The notes under the pieces were generated by a model. The model worked only from the letters and a program-made list of their open reading frames with translations. It ran no database searches and had not been told where the DNA came from. Below, one piece after another: positions 38,301 through 52,665 of a stretch of DNA of 64,000 bases. The position numbers and the translations under genes were made by a program. Numbering within the stretch: position 1 is the stretch's first letter; every line of letters begins with the position of its first letter. Source of the DNA: Tubiluchus corallicola (Eukaryota; Animalia; Priapulida); the NCBI GenBank assembly GCA_030141605.1, contig JAQGDQ010000125.1, positions 186,001-250,000 on the forward strand, written 5' to 3'.

Positions 38301-41300
38301 CCTGCCATCTTTGTCTTTTCCAAATGATGAAGCAATTGTATAAGAATTTTTATTTCCCCACAATTTTTTAAGTTGCAAGTCTTTCTTAGTATGATATATA
38401 CTATTGACAGATATATTCTTGATGCATCAAATACGTGCTAACAATTGTTGATTCAAATCTTGTGTAAGACTTACAGACAAAGCAATTCTCAGTCCATTTA
38501 GCTGGTAAATTGGAAGTGATTGATGTCTCTGAGAAATTTCTTCAATAACTACAGACAATCTAAAAGAACAAATTAATTCACTTAAAACCATAATCTAGTG
38601 CTCTCACTTTGGTAGAGACTGCCTAATTATTCTTCATATTAAGGTTATCTTTGATAAAAAATGCCTGCTTGCTAATCAGCTAAACTAAGAGCCTCAGAAT
38701 AAGAAAGTTCTAAGAGTATCATTATGGGATTCTGATGTTGGAGAAGCAAATTTCAGATATGGCTTCATTAGCAATGTGCATCCATTAAATTGGGAAAATT
38801 GCTTGAGTGAAAGGGTTTTCAATTTTAGTTCATTTCAGTTGCTATGAGGTTGAAGATTATGTTGCAGTATGTTGTAGTATATTACACACGTAACATCAAC
38901 TAAAGCAGGATACTTTTGTAAATCATATTATCTGGCTGTATCATAGTGATGAGGTATTTAGTTGTAACACAATGAAGCAATTAACACAATGTCAGTAAAC
39001 ACAACTAAAACAAGATAAATGAATGTCAATTGTCAACAAACCTGCAACACTCTGGAGCTTCGCCAAATTAGGTATTCATTCAAAATTGTTTTAAACATTA
39101 CCTACTAAACTGGTCAGGATCTGGACAGTGGAGACTCAAGCTGTCATTCAGAAGCATTTTCAGGTAGGATACGTCCTGCCAATTTTCTTCATTGCTCATC
39201 TATTATTAATATGAAATAGAAAAAAATAATGGCACCTTAGACTAATAAAGTGTACTGATAAAAATAGTCAAATAATTGCATTTCTTTTCTGGCAAATTTA
39301 AAACCACTTGTCAATGTGTGCATTTCTTCCATGATCGAACCTTGTCTACAAACATCTCAGTACACTAATAAATTTGACGATAAAATGAGTGACATCCTTT
39401 TAGCACTTTTTACTACAATTATTGCTTTAAATACCTGATGTCTTTAACTCATTTCTCCTGTAAACACAAAAATCTTGTTTTTAAATACTAAAATTTATTT
39501 CACTCAGTGCACAACAAGCCTTCATTTCACACTCTCTGCTGAGGCAAGTAAAAAAACAGAAAATTAAAACTGGTTACTTCAACAAAAGCTGTTTATTATT
39601 TGAATCTTGAGAGAGTAAAAATTTCTCAAAGCTATTACCGTATTTTCCCATGTATAAGAGACCCCTTCAATTTTTAGGCAAAAATTCTAGAAAAAAGTTT
39701 TTTCGTAATGAATAACTTTATTCATCATAGAAATCATTAAATTCCTCATCACTCTCATCAAAAGTATCAACTGGAGTCAGACCTTCAGCAATTCCAGCCA
39801 GTTCATCATCAGAGGAGTCACTCTGCTCAAAAATGGCATTGTCCTCTGTGCTTACAACCGCTTCATAGTCGAACGCGACACGCCTTGCTTAGGCTGACTC
39901 ATCTCGTTGACCTCTGCCGACGTATCAATGACGTCGACGGGCATGCAGAGAGCTTATGCAGATGCGTTGATTAGCTGCAGAACAATCGATTTCTCTCCAA
40001 TAATTTTATCATTAGAATTTAGCCATGGAGAAGATTTATTGAAAGGAAACTATAATTATTCGAAATAAAACAGTTGTAGAGCACTTATTTCTTTAAAATC
40101 ATTAGTGTCACAATTTATGCATCTTATTGAAAAGACTTACTCCCATGTATAAGAGACCCCCTATTTTTAAAGTGAAAATTCTGAGCAAAAAAGGGTCTCT
40201 TATACATGGGAAAATACGGTACTTACAAACTACAAAATAACATAGAATTGCTATTTACCTTTTCAAAAAGCTCTGAATAGAACTCATACATTGCATCTCC
40301 AGCTTGAAGCAAGTATAGCTTCTGTAAAAAGAAGTTAGCATGAGTTTACTAATAGAACAAAATGGATTATACATTGCAGTGTTTACTTTGCAATACTGTA
40401 AAAAAGATGCCTGAAAACTGGGGTTAAACACTTTGATCCTGAAGAACATGTTTTTCAAGCAGACAAATACACTTAGGGTGATAGAACAAGTCATGCTCAG
40501 CTGTGAAATTTACATATGAAATTTTATTTAAATGAGAGAAAGAACGGCAAGTCATATTACTTAGCGATGGACAGCAGAAAATACTGAAACAGAAGCTAAG
40601 AAACTAGCAAAATGGTTACCTTCATAAACAGCAAATATTCTTCAAGCCTATAGTCATCTTTCACGGTCCTAACAAGTTCACTGCACACGTGACGACATCT
40701 AGTGTTTATCATTGGATACAGACAGTTTTGAATAATAACTTGGATAGGTTCCAGAGAAAACGACAAACTATTTTCACACCTAGTAAACAGTGAGATATCT
40801 TTTGTAAAAAGAGTAATGGTTTATTGATATAAGATAAACAAATTTTCTATATAATAATTCAATGCTGCAAATGTTTAAAAATGAACTTAATGTAAATACT
40901 TGCTGAGTTGTTGAGATAATGAAACTTCCTGTGATGTCGACTGATATGTGGAATTCTCTGGCATTGGCACAGTCGATTGCACTGAAGAAACCTGTTGTAG
41001 TCTGTCGTAAAACTGCTCTTGAAAATTTCGGCTGAGAAGAGAATCATACGTCTTTGCTTCATTCCTGTGCAACAAGTTTGAATTGCCACAAGATTTGACT
41101 TTGATCGGTAATCTATGACCAGTTCTCAGTGAGTATTTGAAGTTATCATACAGCGTGTGTTCCAATCTGTTGTTCGAACCATGAACAATATCAGGCAACT
41201 TGCCAAGAGATTCCAATAGTAAAAGTGACTTAGCTGCTACAACAATCTATAAAAATAAAATTGATAAATTCTCAGTGGCGAAGCTGGAGGTGGGGGGGCT

Positions 41301-44300
41301 GAGGCCCAGGGGGCACTTTCATCAATGTACTGAAAAAGTTTATGCTGTTGTAACAGTAAAAAAAGCAAGACAAATGACAATTTAATTCTGGAGAACTTTT
41401 GAAGCATGCAAGGTGAATCTATTTCTTTACAAGAGAATGTTTTTGTAGTATTTTATTATTTTATTAGTTTATCTCTGCAACTTATTGCAACTGCAAGGCA
41501 ATCCTGCTAAATTTTTCAAATCTCAAATTTTCCTAAATAACGATTTTCATGGGGGGGGGGGCACAGTGGCAAACATGAGTGCCCACCAGGGCGCCACAAG
41601 CTTTAACTAACCACTGTAACTTCTTATTATCACAAAAACAAAGTAACATTTAATGGTCAAATTACGAACAAAGCAGCAGAACCATGTCGAGGGGAAAACA
41701 TCAAAAGTAAACTGTACAAAACATGTTAATATATTTGATATTTAATGCTGTGCATTGCCTATAGAACAAAGCAATATGCACCAGTTCAACATTTACTGCA
41801 GCTGCTAACCAGATCAGCTACAATTACTGATACCTGCAATCATTGATCTTTTTAAAAAATAAGAGATGTGATGACTATGGATCTAAAATGTGTTGAACAT
41901 GTAATCCAGTAATTTATGTGGTTATAATCCAGCCTCAATCCCTATCTTTTCACATTTCTTCTCTTTCTGATTAGATTTGGTTTCGAAAATGTAATGAGAG
42001 ACAGTTTATTCCATCATTATAGTTTCTAACAAAAAACGTCATTAGGGTATTTGGCTGCTTCGTTTCTTTCTACAAAAAAACTTCTGGCATCTACTTAGTG
42101 CACTTCATTGCCGTAAATTTAAAATCAAGTAACTAATCTCATGAACAAAAAACCTCCAGCACTACTTAGGTCAGCAAAGACAAGGCAGAAAAGAGCTAAA
42201 CAATTTTTGAAATATTTGACAATAACTCTTACTTTTTTACAGACAGGTTCCAACACGGTGTCGCTTTTGTACCATTCTTGGAATGCTTTAGAATGTGCTG
42301 ATTTGCTGTCATGTATGACGAATGATTGACTCCAGAAATGTTGGTCATTTGCTTTCACATAAATGTTTCTGTTCAGACAAAAAACTAATTAAATTTTAAG
42401 GTGTGCAGCACATATGTTATTCATGTTCATAAACAGCTTGATAAATAAGTGAAATTGAAGGGGGCAGATAAATGAAATTTAAATGCCACAAAGCCATTAA
42501 ACTAACACAGCAGTTTGCTGTCTAGTTACTAGCTTAATAATGGAGTACTATACATCACTTATTGCAGAATTTTAATTGTAAAATTGTTGAAAAATTCACA
42601 AAATAATAAGGAACTGGTTTCATTTTGACAAACAAAGCTCAGTATTACATTATTCGTGTACGAGTTTTAGACCTGTTTGAGTACTGCATTGTGGTTTCCT
42701 GCCTTTGCATCTACATTAAGAAATACTTCTCTCTCTGTCAAAAATGGGAAGACATGAAGAGAAAACAAAAAGATGCCAAACAATACCCGACAAGTCTTCG
42801 AAACCTTCATTAAGCATTTATAAGTCAACCCCTTTACATGTAGAATATTCTTAAATTTTTCCTAGCAAATATTTCTTAAGCAATTAATAATGGCTAGAAG
42901 TACCTTTGCACAAAAAATTCTTTGTGTGGATCACGCAGTTGCCCTAGGAATATCCAGCTATGAATTATATCTAAATATGGCTTCCAGGTTTGCATGAATA
43001 AGTCTAAGCATAGCTGTACCTTGAAAAAAATGAAATAATTGCCATCCACTCTACATTTACGATGCAGCTAATGGCATGAAATAGTAATAAGGTTAAGTTT
43101 TTGTCCGTCTTTTTCTTCCTGTTATTAAAATATTTAAAAGGCTGCAAATGAATTTTGATGGAATGTCATGGAGTCACATGCAATAGACTAATAAACATCA
43201 AATAAAAAAGTAAATACCAATAGTTTGTTGCTATCAAAATAGCCGTTTTCATCAAACCTCCTTAAAGTAGCATGCAAAACTCCAACTAAATGCGAAGCTT
43301 TCACCCAGTTTGGCTCTTCGACGCAGGGTTTTATTGAATCTTTTAGTATGTTGTATAGAACGTCAATGATTTTAAACTGTCCTTCTAGTGACACTCGCAG
43401 GATATCTAACGTACACGTTTTCTCTAAAAAACAAGAAAAACATTATAAACATTATGATCTCAATAATATCAAACTAACAAGAAAATGATGACAACACTAA
43501 AATGAAACTACACTCATATCTCGGTTTGTGGGGGCCTCGCCTTTAAGGGTATTGAAAAAATCGGACAAAATCTGGACCATCCAAAGTCCCGCATACTACG
43601 GACACAGTCTGTTGTTTCGCGAGCTGACCACTAGTTGGCATGTCGTCACTTTGTTCACATTATTGCATCAGTGCAACCAAGCAGCACGTGTCGTTTGTAC
43701 GTCCGGAACGGCCCGTACTAGACGTTTTTGAGACAATTAGGCATTGATTCTACATTATCCTGAGTTCAATAAACGGTGTCTACTGTATTAGCGTAGTATT
43801 GGTAAATACGGACTGATGTCTTCCCGCTTTTGTCTGGCAAACTGAGATATGAATGTAGTTTAAAATGCTATATCAATCAGTTTTATTTTCTATTAACAAT
43901 ATAAGCACAGCAATCTCACCTTGCAAAATTAAATCTTTTTCAAAATTCCTGAGAACAAACTGAACTTCCTGCAGCCTTTGTGAAACAGCAGCTGCAAATG
44001 CTTGATATGTTAAACATGTTTTAGATGAGGATGAAGTGACCGCAGTTACAAAACTGTGAAGATGTCTCACTACAGTCCCATACTCAGTAAACTTCTGCAA
44101 GCATTTATACAATGAGGTCTGCAAGCACAAACGAATGAATGCATGTTAGAGCCATTAGATGCTTGGAGTAAAAAAATCTAAAGAAAACAAACAACTAAAA
44201 TGCACAACAAAACTAAAATCAAGTGTTTCTAGATCAAACGCAATCCGTGTTAGAAACTAGACAAGCATTAAAAAATGAGACGTAACTTTATGTATTTGTT

Positions 44301-47300
44301 AAACATTGCAAGTGGAATCTACCATCATGCACAATTTGAATAAATGAGAGTAGTTTTTTAATATATCGTGAATTGCAGCTCATTTAATAGAGAAAGTGAT
44401 AGTCGCTGGACAAACACTTATTCGTGCTCAATACCTGTGAAAGATGAGGCAGAAACATGTGATGCTGCACTTTGTAGCAATTGTTAGACCAATTAAACAA
44501 GAACAGATTTGTCACTCCACTCAACATCCATATCACTTCACGCATTAGTTGATATTCCCTAACAGCAAGTTTGGCAGTTGTCGTATAGAAAGGAACCACA
44601 TCTTTCAAATGACCATCCCTGAAATAGGAGGTTGTGATCACAACTTTTTTGGAAAATATTTTTACAACACATGGAAAAAAGTTGTTTTTCCGCAATGATT
44701 AATAATACTGAATTAAGTGGAAAAAATAAAGTCTATGTCACACATTTAGGAGCACTAAAATAATCATATTTTATCAATTTGACGACTTGCCCTAAATCGA
44801 CTGAAAAAATCAGCAAATGGGACTTTATTTTTAATTATTAGCTTTGAAAAGTCTTACAAATGCCAACTTAACAGCCAAATCAAGACTTTTCAATTTATAA
44901 TTGCTCTTACCACTCTAGCATGAAATTGGAAGCTCTGGAAGGGCTGCTTGTGATAGCAGTGTTTCCCTCTTCTAGCCAATAACACGAAAGTAAATTTTCA
45001 GCAGCTGAAACAGGATCACCAGCTGCTATAACCTATTAATAATAATAACAATATCAATGTAACTAACATGCTGCACTATAAAAAAATTAACGAGCAAAGT
45101 TACAATAAAACAAATGCAGAAACAGTGCTTGGTATAAAACAGAATTGCAAGTTTCAACCTACAAATTTTGTTAAACCAGACACTGCTCTTGCATTTGGTT
45201 TGCTGCTTTTTAAGTTCACACTGTAGTGTACTCATTCTTTACACTTACTGGTTAATATTTGTCACTGCTTAAATTCTCAACAATTGTAATCTAATTACTC
45301 TTGAACTTTTTTCTCCACCAAATTAAAAACATTTGCTTTGCTACAAACCACAAAATAAAATCTGAAGAGTCATCACACTCATAGCAGCTAACATCATAAA
45401 GATTTCAACCTGATTTTACATTAGCGTTGCATTTACACACTGTTTACATCCGAGAAAGTTAATCTCGTCAAACTTTTACATCTTTTGCAATGCACATTTA
45501 ACATGTTAAACAATATTTCAGTAAATTTTGCATGTATAAAAACTCCCATCATTTACCTGCCATGGCTTGACTTGTGTATGATGTGTTGGACACTCAATTT
45601 TTTGTTTATCTTCTTCCAGAATTTCTATTCCAGAATCTTCTCTGACAAGTTCCACCACTAACGTTTGTACATCTTTGCTGTCATCGTAATCCTGCACAAC
45701 AAGTAATAAGACAATAAGTGAAAAAAACTTAGTTAGATATGCTTAACAAAAATACCATTAAACACAATACGTTGCAAGTTAAAAAATGTTAGCAACAGCT
45801 ATAAAGGCCTTTTTAGCCTATAAACCCTTGAAAAATAAATAATTATTATACATACACAGTGTGGTGTTACATAATGGCAGTAAATGTTTCGAAAACATAT
45901 GATGACATTTTTAAGATAAGGTGAACAGCTGAAGGGATACAGGGTGTGTTTAATTATTAAGCAATGCTGAACCTGGCAGGCAAATAGATGTTCAGCGAAG
46001 AGAAAAATGGCTTCTGCAGGCAGTTTAATCTGCCATAGTACCTCCAGCTGTACTTTTTCATGGAGAAGGCGCAGAACAAGGCTAAGTCTGCCATTTCTTT
46101 CGAAAAATTGTCATAGAAAATAGCTAGGTTCTGGTTCTACCACAACCACTAATATAATAGGTAGTCTATGTTGTTGACTGCTGGATACCAGCTGCCTGAG
46201 ATAACATTAAACTATACTGTTAGAAAAAGTATAAAAGTACAAACTGAAAGATCAGAATCGGATTGAAATGATTCGTAGTCTTCTGTCTCCTCTGTTAAAA
46301 ATTGCTTCCAGTCAAATTTTGTCTCAGATACATTTTCACTTGAATCTTTTGTTTTCTTTGCTGTGTAATCAGCATTCACTGGAGAATCAGCCAATGCGAT
46401 CAACATGGATAATGCACCATATTTCACATCTCTCTAAACAAAAAATTAAATTTTGCAATAAAACTTTAATACACTAACTGAAAAAATGTAGGGCGATGCG
46501 CATAATAGTCACATCATAATACACATAATTTTATTTACTAGTGCTGAGCTAAACAGATGTGCTGACAAAGGAGTGCCACGTATAAGAAGTACATGAAAAA
46601 TCCATGCTTGTAAATTACACATATGTCCTTTTATGTAATTCTGTAAATTTCTATATAATATCTACACATATAATATGCACAGCATATACTGAAAAACAAA
46701 ACAAATGTGAACAACATGTTATACCAATATATTCTATCTGATGGGTGCTAGATTAATAATATACATGATGTATTGAATAGAAAATAAAGAATACCAGATA
46801 CTTTTTGACCGCACCTAAAAATTTCAGACAGCAATTTATGGCAAATAAATGAAAGATTTTCAACTGTTTACAGTAAATTTGTAAAAATTATGTGACTTTG
46901 AATGCATAATGACTGTACATAAAAACCCTGGCTACAATCACCTTAACCTTTCTCTATGTCCGAAATTACTGAGAGGAAAATACAATGACAGTTTAAATTT
47001 GGCATAAAACGAATGTGAGTATGTCCTACATAACAGTTGGATACGAGTTCATAATACATAATATCCATACTGATTCATATCAAAATTTCTACTTACAGAA
47101 ATTCATTAATACCGAATCTAAAAAAAACAAGAATGAATGTTGATGGATATCTAACTGTGTAAGGAGCATACCTCTTTTTTGTTTTCAACCAGATGACACA
47201 TTTCATCAAATTTGCAACAAAGTGCACTCAACGAGTCAGCTTTCTCATACTGGGAATGAATAAGAAGCTTTTCACAATGCCTAAAAAGATTTTTAACAGT

Positions 47301-47610
47301 AAGCCTTTTTTGCGACAACTGTATTAATAATGAAGTCATTTCAAACACATTCCTTAGGCTATTTATTTAAGGCAGGTATTGGTTAGCATTCACTTACTGA
47401 ACAGGTTCAGTGTCACTTAATTTCAGTTACTAAGTACCTACCATGGCCAGTCAGCTACACTCCATTGTTATAAGTTGCTACATGATGGTACCACCAGTCC
47501 ACCATGGATAGTTGAAGACCGAGTTTTGATGTCACTATAACAACATGGGCCCAGTGGACTGGACAGTACACACACGCACGCACGCACGCACGCACGCACG
47601 CACCCACCCA

Positions 47611-47670
<60 letters not shown>

Positions 47671-50600
47671 CACACACACACAATTACATTTTGTCCTATT
47701 TACATTGTAACAGAAGTGGTGATGCACACCTTCACATGAAGCAGCTATGGGCAAAACTTTATTTTGACTGACCTATTATTATGCACACAAAAGATTAAAC
47801 TTTCCTTAATATATATATATATTGTTGGCACAACTGACATGTCATGACTATATGCATTAATTTAGTTCTATAATCTATCCAAAACTTCAAATTTTACAAT
47901 GTATTTTTTGCCATACATGACATACCAGTATATAATATGCAGCTCTCATTTTACAGGGCAAACTTAACAAATGAGTTACGCCTCAATTAAGCCTAGGCTT
48001 TTTGCTTATTATGTACAATGAAAGAGTTTCTAATAACATATGTATGCAATGATTTCTATAAACTTGGCTTTTGAGACCTATATAAAAACAGTATGTGTTT
48101 TAAAATGTAAAAGAACTGATGGTTACCATACTTGATTACACGCAAGCTGCATAACTTGTGCTTTTAAAAATGATATTGTGAAGGTGCGGCATTACTTGCT
48201 TCAAGGTTTCACGACTAGCAGATGTCAAAAATCAAAAATTATCATCTTGTTGTACAGCAGGAACATATGCAGGCTCTCCTGAACTCCTATACATTTTTAA
48301 GCTTGCTGCATATATTTGTGTTTGCAAAAAGGGTAGGCGAATTAACAAAGTATGCTGCTATTTAAACGTAATATTCAATTTTATTTCAAAAAAATCATTT
48401 TGTGTCCGACAAAAGTTCACGTGTCAATTGCCATTTTAGTATATTCGCCTATTATATGTATAGTAATGAAAGTTCTACTCGAGCTGTTTTCAGAACAGTA
48501 TTTGCGGGAAAAAGTCTCGTTTTATGTGACAAAAAGTATGGTAGCTAAGGTACCATTTTCTATGATAGATTGAACAATGTCCTGATGACCAAGAGATCAA
48601 GCACAAACAGGCTGACAATTTGCAACCCTTCTAACAAACCTCACTTCATATCAAAGTGATAATAGAAGCCGAAGACAAGAGACATTACTTACAGTAATAA
48701 TGTAACTCACAACCTTTATTTTAAGTTGGGGCTAAACTTCTTCTGACTTCTTTACTTCAAAAAATTAACAAATAGCTAAAATTCATTGCAATTCTTAGTC
48801 ATCCTTAAAAAAAGTATGGCATCCAGTAACTTGATTATTTGAACAGACGCAAAGTGGTAATCAAACTAACCTTTGAAGTTCTTCTTTGATTTTGTCAGCA
48901 TTTGGAGGCAAAAATTTGTCTGATAAAAAGTTAGAGTGTGCATAATCTAAACAAACATTGAAATTTTCTTCATTTTCCTGAAAAGTGTAAAAATATTAAA
49001 TACAAAATGCAATATATTATACGTAAGAATTTTTAGTATTTTCTTGTCAGCTTTTCAAGCGATCACTCATCAACTAATCACTGTGCTCGCCTGGCTCATT
49101 GTTAGTTAGTTTAACTTTGGTCACCTAGAAGATCGTATCTACTAAGCACAATCTCCTAGCTATAACATGCGTGTTTTTTTAGGAAAGTTCATTCAATCCA
49201 ACAGCTTTGTTAGTTTTTTAATAAATTAATCATGTTTCCGTAGTGATCACCTGCATTGTTTGTTACCTGAACGTGATGATTGTCCCCAGATCCAACACTG
49301 AAAATCCTTTGCTAAAAAAATTAAAAAGCCACCTGCTGCTGCACACTTCTAAAGTAGATAGCCACTAACAAACTATTAACTGCTACTAATTTGCTGAAAC
49401 AGCTTCTCTAGTGGCACCATGTCAGTCTACGGATTAGAAGCGATCATTAGTAATTTATTACCCATTAGAATTTGAAGTACTGTATTAAAGCATTAATTAG
49501 CAAGTCAGCAGCAATTATAAATCTCTATGAGTTGCAGGTGCATGGCATTTCAAACCACTTTTGCTGTAAGAGTAAACAAAAAATAAATTACAGATGATTT
49601 CTTTACTGAGAGGTTAACTACGCAAAAGATATTGTTTAACAGTTAAAAAACTGTTTTAAGCTACTAGCAAAGATGCAAATAATAGGTTGTTATATTTAAC
49701 AATACACAAAAGGTATAAATATCTGAGTATTATATTCCCATAATACCTATGCTGTATTAATAGTGGTCCTAGCTAAAGTGCTCTAGGTTGGCACAGCTGA
49801 CGCATTGCTAAAGCGTGCCACAGACCTACATAAGTAATTAAGAAGTCCAACAGATAAGAGAAAAATCCAGTCAAATGTCACTTGTGGCAAAATATTAACT
49901 TTTTTAAAGTGCTCACAACGGTAGTGTTCACTATACAGGCCCCAAGCAAGTAGTAATTGAAAGCCTATTGTTATGATAATAGTGTAGTTAATTAAAGACT
50001 ACCCATGTAAACACTAAAATAATTTAAAATAATTTACACTTGATATTTGTGTCTCCTCTAAAAAAAAGGTATGGTGGTATTGATTTGATAATTGCAAATA
50101 AGATTTTGGATAATGAGACTATACTACAGTCTACCATTTTCTTTCCTAGATCATTGTGTGAAGGTCGAGGTTTTTGTCCTAGGCAAGAGTTAGAACTAAT
50201 GCACGGAAATGCTTCTTTAGTCGTTGTACAATTAACCAATGAAATCTCCCATTGACTAAGGAATGTAATAGCTTCAAAAGACATAAGCAAAATTAAAAGT
50301 GCAATAAGAATTGTGCAAAAAAGGCAACAATAGGCTAGTGTCACTCACTATATGTCATTCAATGGTAAAGATACAATCAGGTCTAAAACAAGAAATATTT
50401 GCTTTTTGTAAACAAATTTTTACTGCTGTGTATTCTCTATAGCTTACAGCATACAGCACGAACAGGGGTTAAGCATAAGTGATCACTTTTCACCCCTCCA
50501 ATCTTCTCTGGATGCTTTATTTATGTTGAATATTCTTGTAGGTGGTGGCACTAACGATACAATCCGGAAGACAGTACCTGTGTGTTCTTTATACCATGTA

Positions 50601-52665
50601 TAGTGTGAGGTTCTCTCAAAAATCCAAGGATCTTGCTGCCACTGCAGAAATCTAGAATAAATATTTCTCAGGATGATTGGCCCAGAGTTGATCTAATCAA
50701 GTTTTAAATTGAGAAACTGAAGAAATACCCACTACATACTCAGAAAGCTTGTTCCCAGGCATTTACAAGACAAGCTGCACAAAAATTGTCATCTTCATCA
50801 TTTTGAGATAGATTTCTTGTTGATTTTAAGTGAATGCCCTTTTGTCCTATGATGTATCTGAAGTTCAAATGTTCTTTGCTCTCTATCCGGTCAATGTCCT
50901 TGACGATTCTAAATGTCTGGATTATATTTTGCCTGTACCTTCCGTATTAAGTGTGCAAGTCATACGTGTCGTAACCTTTCAGGATATGGTCTTTCAGCAA
51001 TGCCAGGTATCAGTCTAGTTGCTCAATGCTAAATACTTTCAAGCTCATGAATCAACGTCATGTTTAGAAGGCTTCACGTAAGCACCTTACCACAGATTTG
51101 TAAAGATAGATTAACATACCAGTGTCCAAGTATCTGAAGTTACGTTTTATTAATGTTAATCTGCCATGTGCCTTCTGTAATATATCATGAATGTGATTTG
51201 TAAACTGAAGCTTGTTGTCCACAATAATACCAGAATCTTTTTCCTTAGATCTGTATTCAATTGGTCTGAGACTACTGTTATGACATATGGTGATTCACTA
51301 CAAATTTGGCTATCTGTTTTCATAACTTTACATTTATCATGGCTGGCTAAAACTCATTTGTCAAGTATTGCACCACTTATCTGCAAGTTCTCCATTAGTT
51401 TATATTATGATCTGATCCTCTATAGTGGTTGCTCTATTATATACGTTGGTATCATCTGCAAAGAGTTTGTTACCACAAGTGAATATGCCCGGTAAATTGT
51501 TAATGGAAATTGTAATTAAAACTGACCTAGAACACTTCCCTGTGCAATACCACTTGAGACTAATCTCCTTTCGGATTTACAACCAATTACTATCACACTT
51601 TGCATTCTTCCTTGAATGAAACCGAGAATCCCTCAGTAAATGATTGTCAATACCATATGCTTGAAGTTTACATAAAAGCCTCTCATGCAGGGCAAGATCA
51701 AATTGTTTCAAGAAATCATAGTAGGTCACACCAACTGTTCCATCTGTCTCCAGGATTTTCAGCCAATCCTCTATAGTTTCTAAGAGATTAGTGACTCATG
51801 ATTTTCCAGTCCTGAGGCCATGTTAGTTGTCAGTCTTCCAAATGACTATAGTTTTTTACACTGACCCTATCTCCTTTTTTGAAGATTGCTGTGACATACA
51901 AAGTTTTCCAGCTCGCTGGAATGCTTTCTTCTTCTATTCTAAGCTTCTTTATTCATATTATACAGAAGAGGTTCCTTACCTTACCTTACCTTATGTTGTT
52001 TTGGCAAAGTAACCTGCTAGCCAAATCGTGTATAACCTTACCTTATGTTGTTTTGGCAAAGTAACCTGCTAGCCAAATCGTGTATATATGTTCGAATCCG
52101 TATCCTCAAAGGAGGCCTTGTAATTGTAGACTGGGAATCTCTTTCCCAGCCCAGTGCTTGTCCATCCTTCTCTTAAATACATCTACAATTGGTGCGCATA
52201 CCACATCGTTGGTACACTATTACATGCATCTACAATTCTGAGCGAAAAACGATTCAGTCCTATACACTTATTAAATCTGAACTTGTACAACTTTAGTGAA
52301 TGGCCAACTGCGATCTCAATTGCGACGGTGAGCTTACAGCTTTAACATATATATATATATTCGTCAGGATCTTATAACGAATCAGGAGATTTTTGTTGTC
52401 TACTAAAGCACTTGCATGATTTCATCAAGATTTATTAGTCCGTAGGGATATAATTTTTTTAAGTAAGTCATCTTTCTTACGTCAGGTTTGACATTTGTTC
52501 GCTGTGTAAATATCGGGATATGTGCTAAATCCTCATTATTGCAGACAGGTGGCAATTGGAAATGCTAAAAAGGATTATGTGCATTAACAGTGTTACCTTA
52601 AAACCCGTCAATCTGGCTATAAGCCGTTTTGCTTTACCGCGTACAGATTTTAACGATGCCGCCAT
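35388..52665 (-). CDS. TUBGCP5: Gamma-tubulin complex component 5 (GCP5), ~21 coding exons
   Basis: Exon 1 52665-52597 (gccATGG; MAASLKSVRGKAKRLIARLTGFK). Then 48977-48871 (ENEENFNVCLDYAHSNF), 47280-47172, ~46433-46245 (YGALSMLIALADSP..FDWKQFL), ~45691-45557, ~45026-44911, ~44618-44435 (EYQLMREVIWMLSG), ~44118-43920 (TYQAFA), ~43424-43219, ~43019-42904 (KPYLDIIHSWIFLGQLRDPHKEFF), ~42369-42232, ~41247-40899, ~40781-40620, ~40321-40259 (LLQAGDAMYEFYSELFEK), ~39199-39103, ~38559-38474, ~38146-38027 (VPWPIDVVI..FLLQVKRAKYSL), ~37575-37450 (HFVNSFHTYIMTR), ~36865-36651 (ILHSTELEF), ~35661-35559, and last exon ~35431-35388 (LESLAFALM..*). These match GRIP1/GRIP2 and GCP5-specific motifs. Confidence 0.92.
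39638..40219. mobile_element. pogo/Tigger-derived MITE in a TUBGCP5 intron
   Basis: Perfect long TIRs CCGTATTTTCCCATGTATAAGAGACCC / GGGTCTCTTATACATGGGAAAATACGG with TA TSD. Internal repeat of the TIR motif at ~40142. Minus-strand acidic tail remnant (TEDNAIFEQSDSSDDE) resembles pogo transposase C-termini. Confidence 0.88.
41273..41616. mobile_element. Decayed hAT-like MITE
   Basis: Ends CAGTGG...CCACTG; flanks TAAATTCT / TAACTTCT (7/8); G-rich subterminal motifs. Confidence 0.65.
43506..43860. mobile_element. MITE of unassigned superfamily
   Basis: TIRs AACTACACTCATATCTCGGTTTG / CAAACTGAGATATGAATGTAGTT; flanks TAAAATGA / TAAAATGC. Confidence 0.7.
47569..47681. repeat. (CACG)n(CA)n microsatellite
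   Basis: Directly visible; it explains three spurious ORFs in the track. Confidence 0.95.
50660..51880 (-). mobile_element. Decayed CR1-type LINE reverse-transcriptase fragment in TUBGCP5 intron 1
   Basis: Minus strand reads YYDFLKQFD..HERLLCKLQAYGI, INNLP..KLFADDT, GIIVDNKLQF..HI with many stops. Confidence 0.75.
51974..52345 (-). mobile_element. 3' end of a second CR1-type LINE with a (TAAGG)n tail
   Basis: Minus strand reads GHSLKLYKFRFNKCIGLNRFSLRIVDACNSVP; CCTTA repeats at 51974-51993; a ~52-bp segment is duplicated in tandem (51983-52086). Confidence 0.65.

Noticed and set aside
47455-47754. ORFs with RACV/THAR repeats
   Set aside because: Translation artefacts of the (CACG)n(CA)n microsatellite.
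49080-49300. Alternative TUBGCP5 start or first exon
   Set aside because: The ATG near 49099 hits a stop after 9 codons; the exon at 52665-52597 has a strong Kozak context, correct phase and GCP5-like sequence.
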